Assembly (NCBI GenBank): GCA_037968815.1
Contig: JBBKWF010000012.1
Span: 20,384 to 84,383 of the forward strand
Origin: Pelobium sp.
GTDB lineage: Bacteria > Bacteroidota > Bacteroidia > Sphingobacteriales > Sphingobacteriaceae
Direction: 5' to 3'
DNA length: 64,000 nt
Shown here one piece after another: positions 29,917 through 40,600 of this stretch. The notes beneath the pieces were generated by a model that saw nothing but the letters and a program-made list of their open reading frames with translations, made no database searches and was not told the DNA's origin. The stretch's first letter is position 1. Every line of letters starts with the position of its first letter. The position numbers were made by a program, and so were the translations under genes.

Positions 29917-32900
29917 ATGAATCAACCAGATCAAACTCAACAAGGATTATACGACCCCAAGTTTGAACACGATGCATGTGGTACAGGATTTATCACAAAC
30001 ATTAATGGAAAAAAGTCACATCAAACCATAGTTGACGCCCTTACTATGCTCGAAAATATGGAGCATAGAGGAGCCTGTGGTTGCGACCCAGATAGTGGAG
30101 ATGGTGCAGGTATTATGATACAAATACCTCACGAATTTTTCCTCGAAGAGTGTACAGCACAAGCGATAGCGTTAAGAGAGCCAGGAAACTATGGAGTAGG
30201 TATGATGTTTTTACCTAAAAACGGCCATGACAGAAAAGCATTAAGAAAAATTGTTGAAGCCTGTGCGGCGCAAATGGGCTTGCCCGTTTTAGGTTATAGA
30301 AAAGTTCCTGTAAACTCTGATGTAGTTGGTGAGACAGCTAGATCTGTAGAGCCTTTAGTTAGACAGATTTTTATAGGTAAGCCAGATCATATTGTTGATA
30401 ATGACGATTTTGAACGTAAACTTTACGTTTTAAGAAGACTGATTAGCAAAACACTTACTGACAAAGTAGGAGCGGCTGAAGGTGAGTTTTACTTCACTTC
30501 ATTATCATCAAGAGTAATTGTATATAAAGGTCAGTTAACTACTTATCAAGTACGTCAATATTATAAAGACTTACAAGATGAGCGTGTAGTTTCTGCTTTT
30601 GGTATGATACACTCTCGTTTTTCAACCAATACTTTCCCTTCTTGGAAATTAGCACAGCCTTTTAGATATATGTCTCACAACGGTGAGATTAATACTTTAA
30701 CAGGAAATTTAAACTGGTTTTATGCTGGTGTAAGGTCTTATATTTCTCCATACTTCACACCAGAAGAAATGGAAATATTACTGCCAGTTATTGATAATAA
30801 CCAGTCAGATTCAGCTTGTTTAGATAATATTGTTGAAGTTTTAATGCATTCTGGACGTTCATTACCTCACGTAATGATGATGTTAGTGCCAGAAGCTTGG
30901 GACGGAAACGAAGCAATGGACCCGTTGAAGAAAGCATTTTACGAATTCCATGCTACCATTATGGAGCCATGGGATGGTCCCGCAGCTTTAACTTTTACAG
31001 ATGGTAAATTAATAGGTTCTATTTTAGATAGAAACGGTTTACGTCCTTTAAGATATGTAATCACAAATGATGATAGGGTTATTGTAGCGTCAGAAGCAGG
31101 TGTACTTAAAATTGATGAAAGTACAGTGATTCGTAAAGGTCGTTTACAGCCAGGTAAGATGTTTTTGATTGATATCGAAAATGGAAAGATTATCACTGAC
31201 GAAGAAATAAAACATCAAATAGCGGGACGTCAACCTTATGGTGACTGGATAGATAATTATAAAATTAGAATTGAAGAGTTGCCGGAGCCAAGAGTTTCGT
31301 TTACTCAAATGTCTAAAGAATCCGTTTATCGCTACCAAAAAGTATTCGGTTTCTCTCGTGAAGATATAGATACGATCATTAAGCCAATGGCTTTGGACGG
31401 TAAAGAACCAATTGGTTCTATGGGAACTGATGTTCCTCTAGCAGTTCTTTCAGATCGTCCCCAACATCTTTCAAGTTACTTTAAACAGTTTTTTGCTCAA
31501 GTAACCAACCCACCGATAGATCCTATTCGTGAACGTTTGGTAATGAGTTTGGCAACGTTTATCGGTAATAACGGTAATATCCTTGATGAGGATAAAATGC
31601 ATTGCCATTGCGTTACTTTAAAGCAACCTGTATTAAATGATAAAGAGCTAGAAAAGCTTAGAAGTATTGATACAGGCTTATTTAATGCTAAAACCCTACA
31701 AACGTATTTCAAAGCAGATGGCTTAGAAGGTTCTTTAGAAAGAGGAATTGATAGACTTTGCCGTTATGCGGAAGATGCAGTAAATGATGGTTTTGAAGTA
31801 TTAATCTTATCAGATAGAGCAATTGACTCTGAACATGCTCCAATCCCTTCTTTATTAGCTGTTTCAGCTGTTCACCATTTCTTGATCAAAAAAGGATTAA
31901 GAGGAGCTGTTGGTTTGGTAGTAGAAGCTGGGGATGTTTGGGAAGTTCACCATTTTGCTTGTTTATTAGCTTTTGGTGCTACTGCAATCAATCCTTATTT
32001 AGCATTGGCATCTATTTATGCTATCAAGAATGATGAAAGATATGATACGCCACTAGATGAGAATATTCTTGTAAAGAACTATGTTAAAGCTGTTTGCGAT
32101 GGTTTATTAAAGATTTTCTCTAAAATGGGGATTTCTACTTTACAATCATACCACGGTTCTCAAATTTTCGAAATCTTAGGAATAAGCAAAGAGGTGGTAA
32201 ATCAACACTTCTGTGGAGGTGTTAGTAGAATTGGTGGTTTAGGTTTAGATGAAATTGCTCGCGAAGCATTATCTAAACATGTATCTGGCTTTAAAGATGA
32301 TGCAGAGCAATTATTACCAGAAGGTGGAATTTATCAGTGGAAACGTAGAGGAGAGTCTCATTTATTTAATCCAACTACTGTTCACTTGTTGCAACATTCA
32401 ACAAAAACTGGTGACTACGAAACATACAAAAAGTACTCTCATGCGGTAAACAACCAAAAAGAAAAAATGTACACTTTACGTGGACTTTTGGATTTTGCAA
32501 AACACCGTGAGTCTATTTCAATAGATGAGGTTGAACCGGCAGAAAACATCATGAAGCGTTTCGCTACAGGTGCAATGTCTTTCGGGTCTATTTCTCACGA
32601 AGCACACAGTACCTTAGCTATTGCCATGAACAGAATTGGCGGTAAAAGTAATACAGGTGAAGGTGGTGAGGATGAAATGCGCTTTAAAACTATGGAGAAT
32701 GGAGATTCCATGCGTTCTGCAATTAAGCAGGTTGCATCCGGTAGATTTGGCGTAACCATCAATTACTTAACCAATGCTGATGAGCTTCAGATAAAAATGG
32801 CTCAAGGTGCAAAACCTGGAGAAGGTGGTCAATTACCTGGACATAAAGTTGATGATTGGATTGCAAGAACTCGTCACTCAACGCCAGGTGTAGGATTAAT

Positions 32901-34437
32901 TTCTCCTCCTCCGCATCACGATATTTACTCTATTGAAGATTTAGCTCAGCTAATTTTTGATTTAAAAAATGCAAACCGAGCTGCCAGAATTAACGTTAAG
33001 TTAGTTTCTAAAGCAGGGGTAGGTACTATTGCAGCGGGTGTTGCCAAAGCACACGCTGATGTGATTTTAATTGCAGGTTATGATGGTGGAACTGGAGCTT
33101 CTCCATTAAGTTCTATCAAACACGCTGGTTTACCTTGGGAACTTGGTTTAGCAGAAGCGCATCAAACCTTAGTTAAAAATAAATTAAGAAGCCGTGTAGT
33201 TTTACAAACTGATGGCCAATTAAAAACAGGTAGAGATTTAGCAATTGCTGCATTATTAGGAGCCGAAGAATGGGGCGTAGCAACTGCTGCACTTGTTGTT
33301 GGTGGTTGTATTATGATGCGTAAATGTCATTTAAATACTTGCCCAGTAGGTGTTGCTACTCAGGATCCAGAATTGCGTAAATTATTTACAGGTAAGCCAG
33401 AACACGTGGTTAACTTGTTTAAGTTTATGGCAGAGGAGATGAGAGAGATTATGGCAGAACTTGGATTTAGAACCATTAATGAAATGGTAGGTAAAGTTCA
33501 ATTCTTAAAAGTTCGTCCTGATATTACACATTGGAAAGCTAAAAAACTAGATTTTTCTGCATTGCTACATCCAATGGTTTATCCTAAAGACTTAACCTTA
33601 TATAATAGTGAAAGTCAAGACCATGGAATGGACAATATTATTGATTGGAAACTTTTAGAAGCCGCGAAAGTAGCGTTAGAAAGTAAAACTCCAGTATTTG
33701 GTGAGTTTACATTGAAAAATACTGACAGAACGGTTGGTACAGTGCTCTCCAACGAAATTGCAAAAATTTACGGTTCAGCAGGTTTACCAGATAATACTAT
33801 AAACTATAAGTTTACAGGTTCTGCAGGTCAAAGTTTTGGAGCCTTCGCCGCCAAAGGAATTTCTTTTGAGTTAGAGGGAGAAGCAAATGATTACGTAGGT
33901 AAAGGCTTGTCTGGTGCGCAATTAGCAGTATATCCTCCAAAAGGAGCTACTTTTACACCAGCAGACAATATGATTGTTGGTAACGTAGTGCTTTACGGAG
34001 CAACTTCTGGAGAGCTATTTATTTGTGGTCAAGCAGGTGAGCGTTTTGCGGTAAGAAATTCAGGAGCAACTGCAGTTGTTGAAGGAGTTGGAGATCACGG
34101 TTGTGAGTATATGACAGGTGGTACTGCATTGATTATTGGTAAAGCAGGAAGAAATTTTGCTGCCGGTATGAGTGGTGGTGTTGCTTTAATTTACGATATC
34201 GACGGAGAATTTGCTGATAACTGCAATATGGAGATGGTAGATTTAGATCCACTAAGTCCACAAGATGAAGAATTAATTATTAAGCTTTTACGCAAGCATA
34301 ACCAGTTAACTGGAAGTACTGTTGCTAAAAAATTAGTTGAAAATTGGAAAGATGAATCTTCAAAATTCATCAAAGTATTTCCGAAAGAATTTAAACGAGT
34401 TTTAGCAGAGAAGAAGCAATTAGAATCAACATATTAA
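29917..34437 (+). CDS. gltB: Glutamate synthase large subunit
   Basis: 'HDACG' Ntn Cys, 'HNGEINT', 'QGAKPGEGGQLPG', 'CIMMRKCHLNTCPVG', GXGXG C-domain. Confidence 0.98.
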   Translation: MNQPDQTQQGLYDPKFEHDACGTGFITNINGKKSHQTIVDALTMLENMEHRGACGCDPDSGDGAGIMIQIPHEFFLEECTAQAIALREPGNYGVGMMFLPKNGHDRKALRKIVEACAAQMGLPVLGYRKVPVNSDVVGETARSVEPLVRQIFIGKPDHIVDNDDFERKLYVLRRLISKTLTDKVGAAEGEFYFTSLSSRVIVYKGQLTTYQVRQYYKDLQDERVVSAFGMIHSRFSTNTFPSWKLAQPFRYMSHNGEINTLTGNLNWFYAGVRSYISPYFTPEEMEILLPVIDNNQSDSACLDNIVEVLMHSGRSLPHVMMMLVPEAWDGNEAMDPLKKAFYEFHATIMEPWDGPAALTFTDGKLIGSILDRNGLRPLRYVITNDDRVIVASEAGVLKIDESTVIRKGRLQPGKMFLIDIENGKIITDEEIKHQIAGRQPYGDWIDNYKIRIEELPEPRVSFTQMSKESVYRYQKVFGFSREDIDTIIKPMALDGKEPIGSMGTDVPLAVLSDRPQHLSSYFKQFFAQVTNPPIDPIRERLVMSLATFIGNNGNILDEDKMHCHCVTLKQPVLNDKELEKLRSIDTGLFNAKTLQTYFKADGLEGSLERGIDRLCRYAEDAVNDGFEVLILSDRAIDSEHAPIPSLLAVSAVHHFLIKKGLRGAVGLVVEAGDVWEVHHFACLLAFGATAINPYLALASIYAIKNDERYDTPLDENILVKNYVKAVCDGLLKIFSKMGISTLQSYHGSQIFEILGISKEVVNQHFCGGVSRIGGLGLDEIAREALSKHVSGFKDDAEQLLPEGGIYQWKRRGESHLFNPTTVHLLQHSTKTGDYETYKKYSHAVNNQKEKMYTLRGLLDFAKHRESISIDEVEPAENIMKRFATGAMSFGSISHEAHSTLAIAMNRIGGKSNTGEGGEDEMRFKTMENGDSMRSAIKQVASGRFGVTINYLTNADELQIKMAQGAKPGEGGQLPGHKVDDWIARTRHSTPGVGLISPPPHHDIYSIEDLAQLIFDLKNANRAARINVKLVSKAGVGTIAAGVAKAHADVILIAGYDGGTGASPLSSIKHAGLPWELGLAEAHQTLVKNKLRSRVVLQTDGQLKTGRDLAIAALLGAEEWGVATAALVVGGCIMMRKCHLNTCPVGVATQDPELRKLFTGKPEHVVNLFKFMAEEMREIMAELGFRTINEMVGKVQFLKVRPDITHWKAKKLDFSALLHPMVYPKDLTLYNSESQDHGMDNIIDWKLLEAAKVALESKTPVFGEFTLKNTDRTVGTVLSNEIAKIYGSAGLPDNTINYKFTGSAGQSFGAFAAKGISFELEGEANDYVGKGLSGAQLAVYPPKGATFTPADNMIVGNVVLYGATSGELFICGQAGERFAVRNSGATAVVEGVGDHGCEYMTGGTALIIGKAGRNFAAGMSGGVALIYDIDGEFADNCNMEMVDLDPLSPQDEELIIKLLRKHNQLTGSTVAKKLVENWKDESSKFIKVFPKEFKRVLAEKKQLESTY

Positions 34438-34438
34438 G

Positions 34439-35917
34439 ATGGGAAAAATTACAGGATTTATGGAGTTCGGGAGAGAACTACCAGAAAAAGTACCTGCAAA
34501 AGATAGGGTAAAAAATTATAAAGAGTTTGTAGGCATGTATTCAGATGAAAAACTGAATGAGCAGTCTGCAAGATGTATGAATTGTGGCGTTCCGTTTTGT
34601 CATAACGGTTGCCCACTAGGCAATGTTATTCCTGAGTTTAATGATGCTGTTTACAAAGAAAACTGGAAAGAAGCGTATAAAATTTTAACGTCTACAAATA
34701 ATTTTCCAGAGTTTACAGGAAGAATTTGTCCGGCACCTTGCGAGTCTGCATGTGTTTTGGGAATCAACAAACCAGCAGTTGCAATTGAAGAGATAGAGAA
34801 ACACATTATTGAAATTGCTTACGATAAAGGTTTTGTAAAACCATACAAACCAATTTTAAGAACGGGTAAAACTGTAGCAGTTGTAGGTTCTGGTCCTGCC
34901 GGAATGGCTACTGCAGCACAGCTTAATAAAGCTGGACATGAGGTTACCGTTTATGAAAGAGATGATTACGCAGGTGGTCTTTTAAGATACGGTATTCCGG
35001 ATTTTAAATTGGACAAAGCAGTTGTGGAGCGTAGAGTGAGTGTGATGAAAGAAAGCGGTATCAATTTTAAGTTTAATACTGAAGTTGGTAAAGACGTTTC
35101 TGCAAATGAACTAGTTGATAATTTTGATGCTGTTGTTTTAGCAGGAGGTTCAACCATTCCTCGTGATTTACCAATTCCAGGTCGTGAGTTTAAAGGAGTA
35201 TACTTTGCCATGCAGTTTTTAAAACAATCAAATAAAAACGTTGCGGGTATAAAAGTTGAAGAAGAAGTAATTTCTGCTAAAGGTAAAAATGTAGTAGTAA
35301 TTGGTGGTGGTGATACAGGGTCTGATTGTGTGGGTACATCAAACAGACAGGGTGCAAAATCTGTTACTCAGTTTGAATTGATGTTTCAACCACCAAAAGA
35401 AAGAACCATCAATATGCCTTGGCCTCAATACCCAATGTTATTGAAAACAACCAGCTCTCACGAAGAAGGTTGCGAGCGTTTTTGGGCTATTAATACTCAA
35501 GAATTTATTGGTGATGCAGACGGTAACTTAACTGGCTTAAAAATCAGTGAAGTAGAGTGGGAAAAAGACTTTATGGGTCGCCCTACAAAATTCACTGGTA
35601 TCGAAGGTACAGAGAAAATTATTCCTTGCGAACGTGTTTTCTTAGCAATGGGTTTCTTAAACCCTCAATATGAAGGAATGATAGAGCAATTAGGGGTAAA
35701 ACTTGATGGACGTAAAAATGTAGATGCTGTTGAAGGTAAATACAAAACAAGCGTTGAAAAAGTTTTTGCTGCTGGTGATATGCGCAGAGGACAATCTTTG
35801 GTTGTTTGGGCAATATCAGAAGGTAGAGAAGCTGCTCGTAGAGTTGATGAATTCTTGATGGGACATTCTTCTTTAGAAAGTAAAGATGCCATCAATTTAT
35901 TTGAAGACGCAGTTTAG
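34439..35917 (+). CDS. gltD: Glutamate synthase small subunit
   Basis: 'RCMNCG.PFC', 'GRICPAPCE', 'GSGPAG', 'GGGDTGSDC', 'AGDMRRGQSLVVWAI'. Confidence 0.97.
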   Translation: MGKITGFMEFGRELPEKVPAKDRVKNYKEFVGMYSDEKLNEQSARCMNCGVPFCHNGCPLGNVIPEFNDAVYKENWKEAYKILTSTNNFPEFTGRICPAPCESACVLGINKPAVAIEEIEKHIIEIAYDKGFVKPYKPILRTGKTVAVVGSGPAGMATAAQLNKAGHEVTVYERDDYAGGLLRYGIPDFKLDKAVVERRVSVMKESGINFKFNTEVGKDVSANELVDNFDAVVLAGGSTIPRDLPIPGREFKGVYFAMQFLKQSNKNVAGIKVEEEVISAKGKNVVVIGGGDTGSDCVGTSNRQGAKSVTQFELMFQPPKERTINMPWPQYPMLLKTTSSHEEGCERFWAINTQEFIGDADGNLTGLKISEVEWEKDFMGRPTKFTGIEGTEKIIPCERVFLAMGFLNPQYEGMIEQLGVKLDGRKNVDAVEGKYKTSVEKVFAAGDMRRGQSLVVWAISEGREAARRVDEFLMGHSSLESKDAINLFEDAV

Positions 35918-35930
35918 TTTTTTGAAATAT

Positions 35931-35968
35931 AAAAAGCCGTTAACAAGTTTTGTTAACGGCTTTTTTTT
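35931..35968 (+). terminator. Intrinsic terminator of gltBD
   Basis: aaaaagccgttaacaa-gtt-ttgttaacggc followed by 8 T. Confidence 0.9.
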
Positions 35969-35986
35969 GTGCCCTAAATTTCTGAA

Positions 35987-36169
35987 TTAGCCTTTATCCA
36001 CTAAAACATGATAGCTAATGGTTAATGCTGTTGATCCAGAAATATAAACAGTATAAACCTTTCCAGCTTGTTTCCATTGGCAGTAGTTAAACACAACTGT
36101 TTCCTGTGTAAGCTACTGCATTTGAAGTTAGCTTGGGTACTGTCTAAATAATTTGAGGATTTTTTTCAT
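35987..36169 (-). pseudogene. Possible gene remnant with two in-frame stops
   Basis: Single frame reads MKKILKLFRQYPS*LQMQ*LTQETVVFNYCQWKQAGKVYTVYISGSTALTISYHVLVDKG*. Confidence 0.3.
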
Positions 36170-36366
36170 GGTTGAATGTTTTACAAACCTTATGCCAACG
36201 GAAAATCCATTGCTTGGAAGCTATTAAATATATTTCTTTGAAGCAACTAAACACTTTCCTGACATCATATTTAAAATTTAAAAAAATCATATATGTGTAT
36301 GTTTACTTATATTGATAAGCAATCCATGATTAGGGATCCAATTTATCCGTCAAAATCTTAACCTAT

Positions 36367-37515
36367 ATGTTTAAAGCTGATTCCAAATATTTACTCGCTA
36401 TTGATGAATCCACTCGTGTTAAAGTCGTTAAACAATTTGCATCTCTCAGTTTAAAATATAACCAACAATTAAATCATATCGTATCTACAGCTACTAAAGT
36501 ATTTAAAACCCCTATAGCATTTATCACCTTAATTGATGATGAAACTCAATAGATTAAAATAAGTAAAGGCTTAGATATAGAACAAACTCCTCGCAGCTTA
36601 TCTTTTTGTACCCATACTGTTAAACATAAAAGTATACTTGTTGTAAGCGACACACTTTCTGACCCTAGGTTTTCCCAACATCCTTTCGTTACAAATAGTA
36701 CTAAAATCAGATTCTACGCAGGCATTTCCATAATTACTCAAACCGGACACTGTATAGGAACACTATGTGTTATGGACAAAAAACCTCGTAATCCCACTAC
36801 AGAGCAAAAAATGATGTTAAAAGCTTTATCGCAAAGTGTTGCGAATGTAATGGAGCTAAAGTTAACTACGGGTCAGTTAAATAATAGGTTAACAGACTTA
36901 AAATTAGTTCAAAAAAATAAATCTCAAAATGAAGTAAAACTTCGAGCCATGTTTGAAAGCTTGACGGATGCTTATTTTTTGCTAGGCAAGCATGGCGAAA
37001 TTATTGATTTTAATCAGGTTGCTTATCAATCAATTAAAAAAAAATATGGCACTAGGCTTTCCTCTGGACGAACAATGAGTGGCTTCTTAAATCCAGATTC
37101 TCGAGAGACTTTTTTATTCCATTTTCAAAATGCATTAAAAGGTAAGTCAATGAGTTTAGAAAAACTTAAAGGATTTATTAATGATGAGAAAATATGGTGG
37201 GATTGTCGCTTTGTGCCTGTTATTAATGAAGAGGGGGAGACTATAGGAGTTTCTTATACTGCTAGAGACATCAATGAAAGAAAGTTGCATGAATTAAAGA
37301 TAATGGAACAAAAACAATCATTAATGAGAATAGCAGAAATCCAATCACATGATTACAGAGGTCCTGTTGCTACTATTTTAGGATTAATGAGTTTAATTGA
37401 AAGTGATAATTACGTCGCTTCAAAAGAATACTTACTCATGCTTCATAATACCACAAAAAAACTAGACGAAAAAATTCACGAAGTGGTTAATTTGGTGAAT
37501 AGTACTCCTTTATAA
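36367..37515 (+). pseudogene. GAF-PAS-HisKA sensor gene interrupted by one in-frame amber stop
   Basis: ORFs 36367-36552 and 36772-37515 share a frame. After TAG (36550-36552) the GAF continues stop-free (IKISKG...SFCTH...DPRF..HPFV...IRFYAG...IGTLCVMD). TAG sits where GAF domains of this type usually have Trp (Q-W-x-K). Confidence 0.85.
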
Positions 37516-37631
37516 CTGATTGATCTGGTTTTAGTTAAATATATCTGTTTCGTTAAAGGTGAGTTTCGATAATTAAACAATATATTGTATGAAAGTCCCT
37601 TCCATAAATAATATCTAATCTTAATTAAATA

Positions 37632-40600
37632 ATGAAACCGAAAGAACCACATTATATTATTGCAATAGGTGCTTCTGCAGGTGGCATGGACGAAATTAAT
37701 TCTTTTTTCGATCACACCCCTTTAGATGGTGTAGCATATATTATCATTCAACATTTATCGGCCGATTTTAAAAGCAGAATGGTAGAGTTATTAGCTCGCC
37801 ATAGCAAACTAGAGATTAAAGAAGCACAAAATACTGAAGAGGTATATACCAATCATGTGTATTTAATCCCAAACGATAAATACATGACCATTAAAGATGG
37901 TAGATTATTACTAACAGATAAAAAGCTGAAAGGACCTCACCTTACCATCAATAATTTCTTTAATTCACTCGCAGTAGACTGTGGGCCAAAAGCTATTGGT
38001 GTGATTCTTTCTGGTTTGGGATCTGATGGTACAGAAGGCATAAAGGCTATCAAGAAAGTAGGAGGAATGATTATAGCAAGAAATCCTGAAACCTCTCAGT
38101 ACGCAAGTATGCCTTTGCAAGCTATCAATACGGGTATGGTTGATTTTATTTTAGAACCCGAATTGATGCCCATGGCTATTGAAGATTATGTAAAAAATAA
38201 AACTAAAATATTAACTGAAAGTGATGATGAAAAGTCATTAGCTGCTATTGTTGAGCTCATCAAACAAAAGACACCACTTGACTTTTCGGAATACAAGCAC
38301 TCTACCATTCTTAGAAGAACAAAAAGAAGAGCTACGCATAGTAATTTTAGCAACCTCGGAGCTTACTTAGAATATTTGAAAGATACACCAAAAGAAATTA
38401 GTGAACTCTCTAAAGAGTTCCTGATCAGTGTTACTTCTTTTTTTAGAGACCCGGAAGCCTTTGAGACTATTAAAGAAAATATTCTTCCAGCTTTGTTAAA
38501 CAAACTTCTTCCAGAGGAAGAGCTGAAAATTTGGGTAGCGGGTTGTGCCACCGGAGAAGAGGTTTATACCTTCGCTATTTTAATTGCCGAGCAACTAAAA
38601 GGTAATCGTAAAGATAATGTAGTTAAAATATTTGCAACAGATATTGATACGCTAGCAATGGATCACGCTAGTAAAGGGGTTTATTCGGCCACAACAACAA
38701 AAAATATACCTTCAGTATTATTGGATAAGTACTTTCTTAAGGAAGGCGATCATTATAAGGTTAAACCCATTATCAGAAAGATGGTGATATTTGCCCATCA
38801 CGATTTGTCGAAAAATCCTCCTTATTGCAACATGCACTTAATTAGTTGCAGAAATATGTTGATCTACCTTACACCACTGCTACAAAAGAAAATATTTTCT
38901 ATGCTGCTCTTCGGTCTCCGTAAAGATGGCTACTTGTTTTTGGGTTCTAGCGAGAACCCAATGCCTATTATCTCTGATTTAGAAGTTGTAAATAAAAAAT
39001 GGAAGATATATAAAAATATAAAAGCGAAAACAACATCCAGTTTCGCTTCTTTCACCATGCCTGAACTGCTTGAAGTGAAACAGCTCCCTCATTCTTACCT
39101 AAGTAATGAACCTGCAAAAATTATGGGACATACTTTGGCTGAAATGATGAATTTACAATTGGCCAAAGAGTTGAACTATTTGACCATTTGCGTAGATGAA
39201 AATAACCAGGTAATTAAATCTTATGGTGATACCAAAAGATATTTACTTCAAGAAAATTTCAATTCAAATTTATCTGAATTATTACCAGGCTCAATCGCTA
39301 TTGCATTTAATAACCTGAGTACTAGCGCCCGTAAATCCAACAAGAAAGAGAGTGTAGGCGGAATTATGGTTAAGGATGGAGATAAGGTGTTAAATGTAAA
39401 AATGAGCGTTGTTCCCTTGATAGATAAAAAAGGGATGTCTAAAATATTAATGGTGATTTTTACATCAGATCATGAAATAGCAACTGAAGACAAGGCTCTT
39501 CTTTTTGACGAAAATGTATTTCATGATAAATATACAGAGAATTTAGAGGAAGAATTAAAGGATATCAGAGAAAAACTGCAGGTCACTTATGAGCAGTTAG
39601 ACGCTTCCAACGAAAACATGCAATCCTTTAATGAAGAATTGATTTCTGCCAATGAGGAAATGCAGAGCACTAATGAAGAAATGCAATCTGTTAATGAAGA
39701 GTTACATACCATCAATGCAGATTATCAGATCAAAAATAAAGAGTTGCTGGAAATTAATGACGACCTGAATAATTATTTCAGAAGCAATATTAACGGGCAA
39801 TTATTTATCAATAAGGATCTGAAATTAATGAAGTTCTCACCTGGGGCAGTTCAGCAGATCAACCTGATGGAATCTGACATTGGCAGACCTATTAGCCATA
39901 TCTCCACCAATATTAAATTCGAAAGCATTATTGACGATGTTAAAGAAGTGCTTAAAAAGGGTAGTTTGATTTCAAAAGAGATTGAAACCCACAATGGTAA
40001 ATGGTATCAGATGATGATTATGCCTTACCTCAAACAAGCCGACGATAAAATAAATGGTGCAATAATTACTTTTAACGATGTTAGCGCATTAAAACAGGCA
40101 CAAACAGAGCTCGATTCAAAAAACAAAAGTCTGATCAGAATCAATAAAGATTTAGACCATTTTATCCATGCCGCGTCTCATGATCTTTTAGCGCCCTTAG
40201 GTAATATAGAGACCAGTATCAATGTGATGAATCATATTGCCTTGTCGGATGAAAAACTGATTGACATTCTCAACATCATCAATAACTCTATTAAAAACTT
40301 CCGCTTATTGATTACCGATATCTCTGTTATCTCTAAAATAGAAGGAGAAATGGTGAAGATGGAGTTGGTTGATATAAATGAGCTACTGGATAACGTTGAA
40401 TGGAGTTTGAAAGACAAGATTGAACTTTCCGGAACGGTCATCAAACGGGAAATTGAGATTGAGAAAATCTGGTTCTCAAAAAAGAATTTAAGAAGTATCT
40501 TATTCAACCTTATATCAAATGCCATTAAATTTAAGGGAGAAAATAACCCTGAAATTATCATTCAGACACTCACAAGTAGTGGTGAAACCATTTTATCAGT

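Noticed and set aside
36550-36552. Amber codon as programmed pyrrolysine recoding
   Set aside because: No pyl genes in the window, and the position corresponds to a Trp one transition away; mutation or error is simpler.
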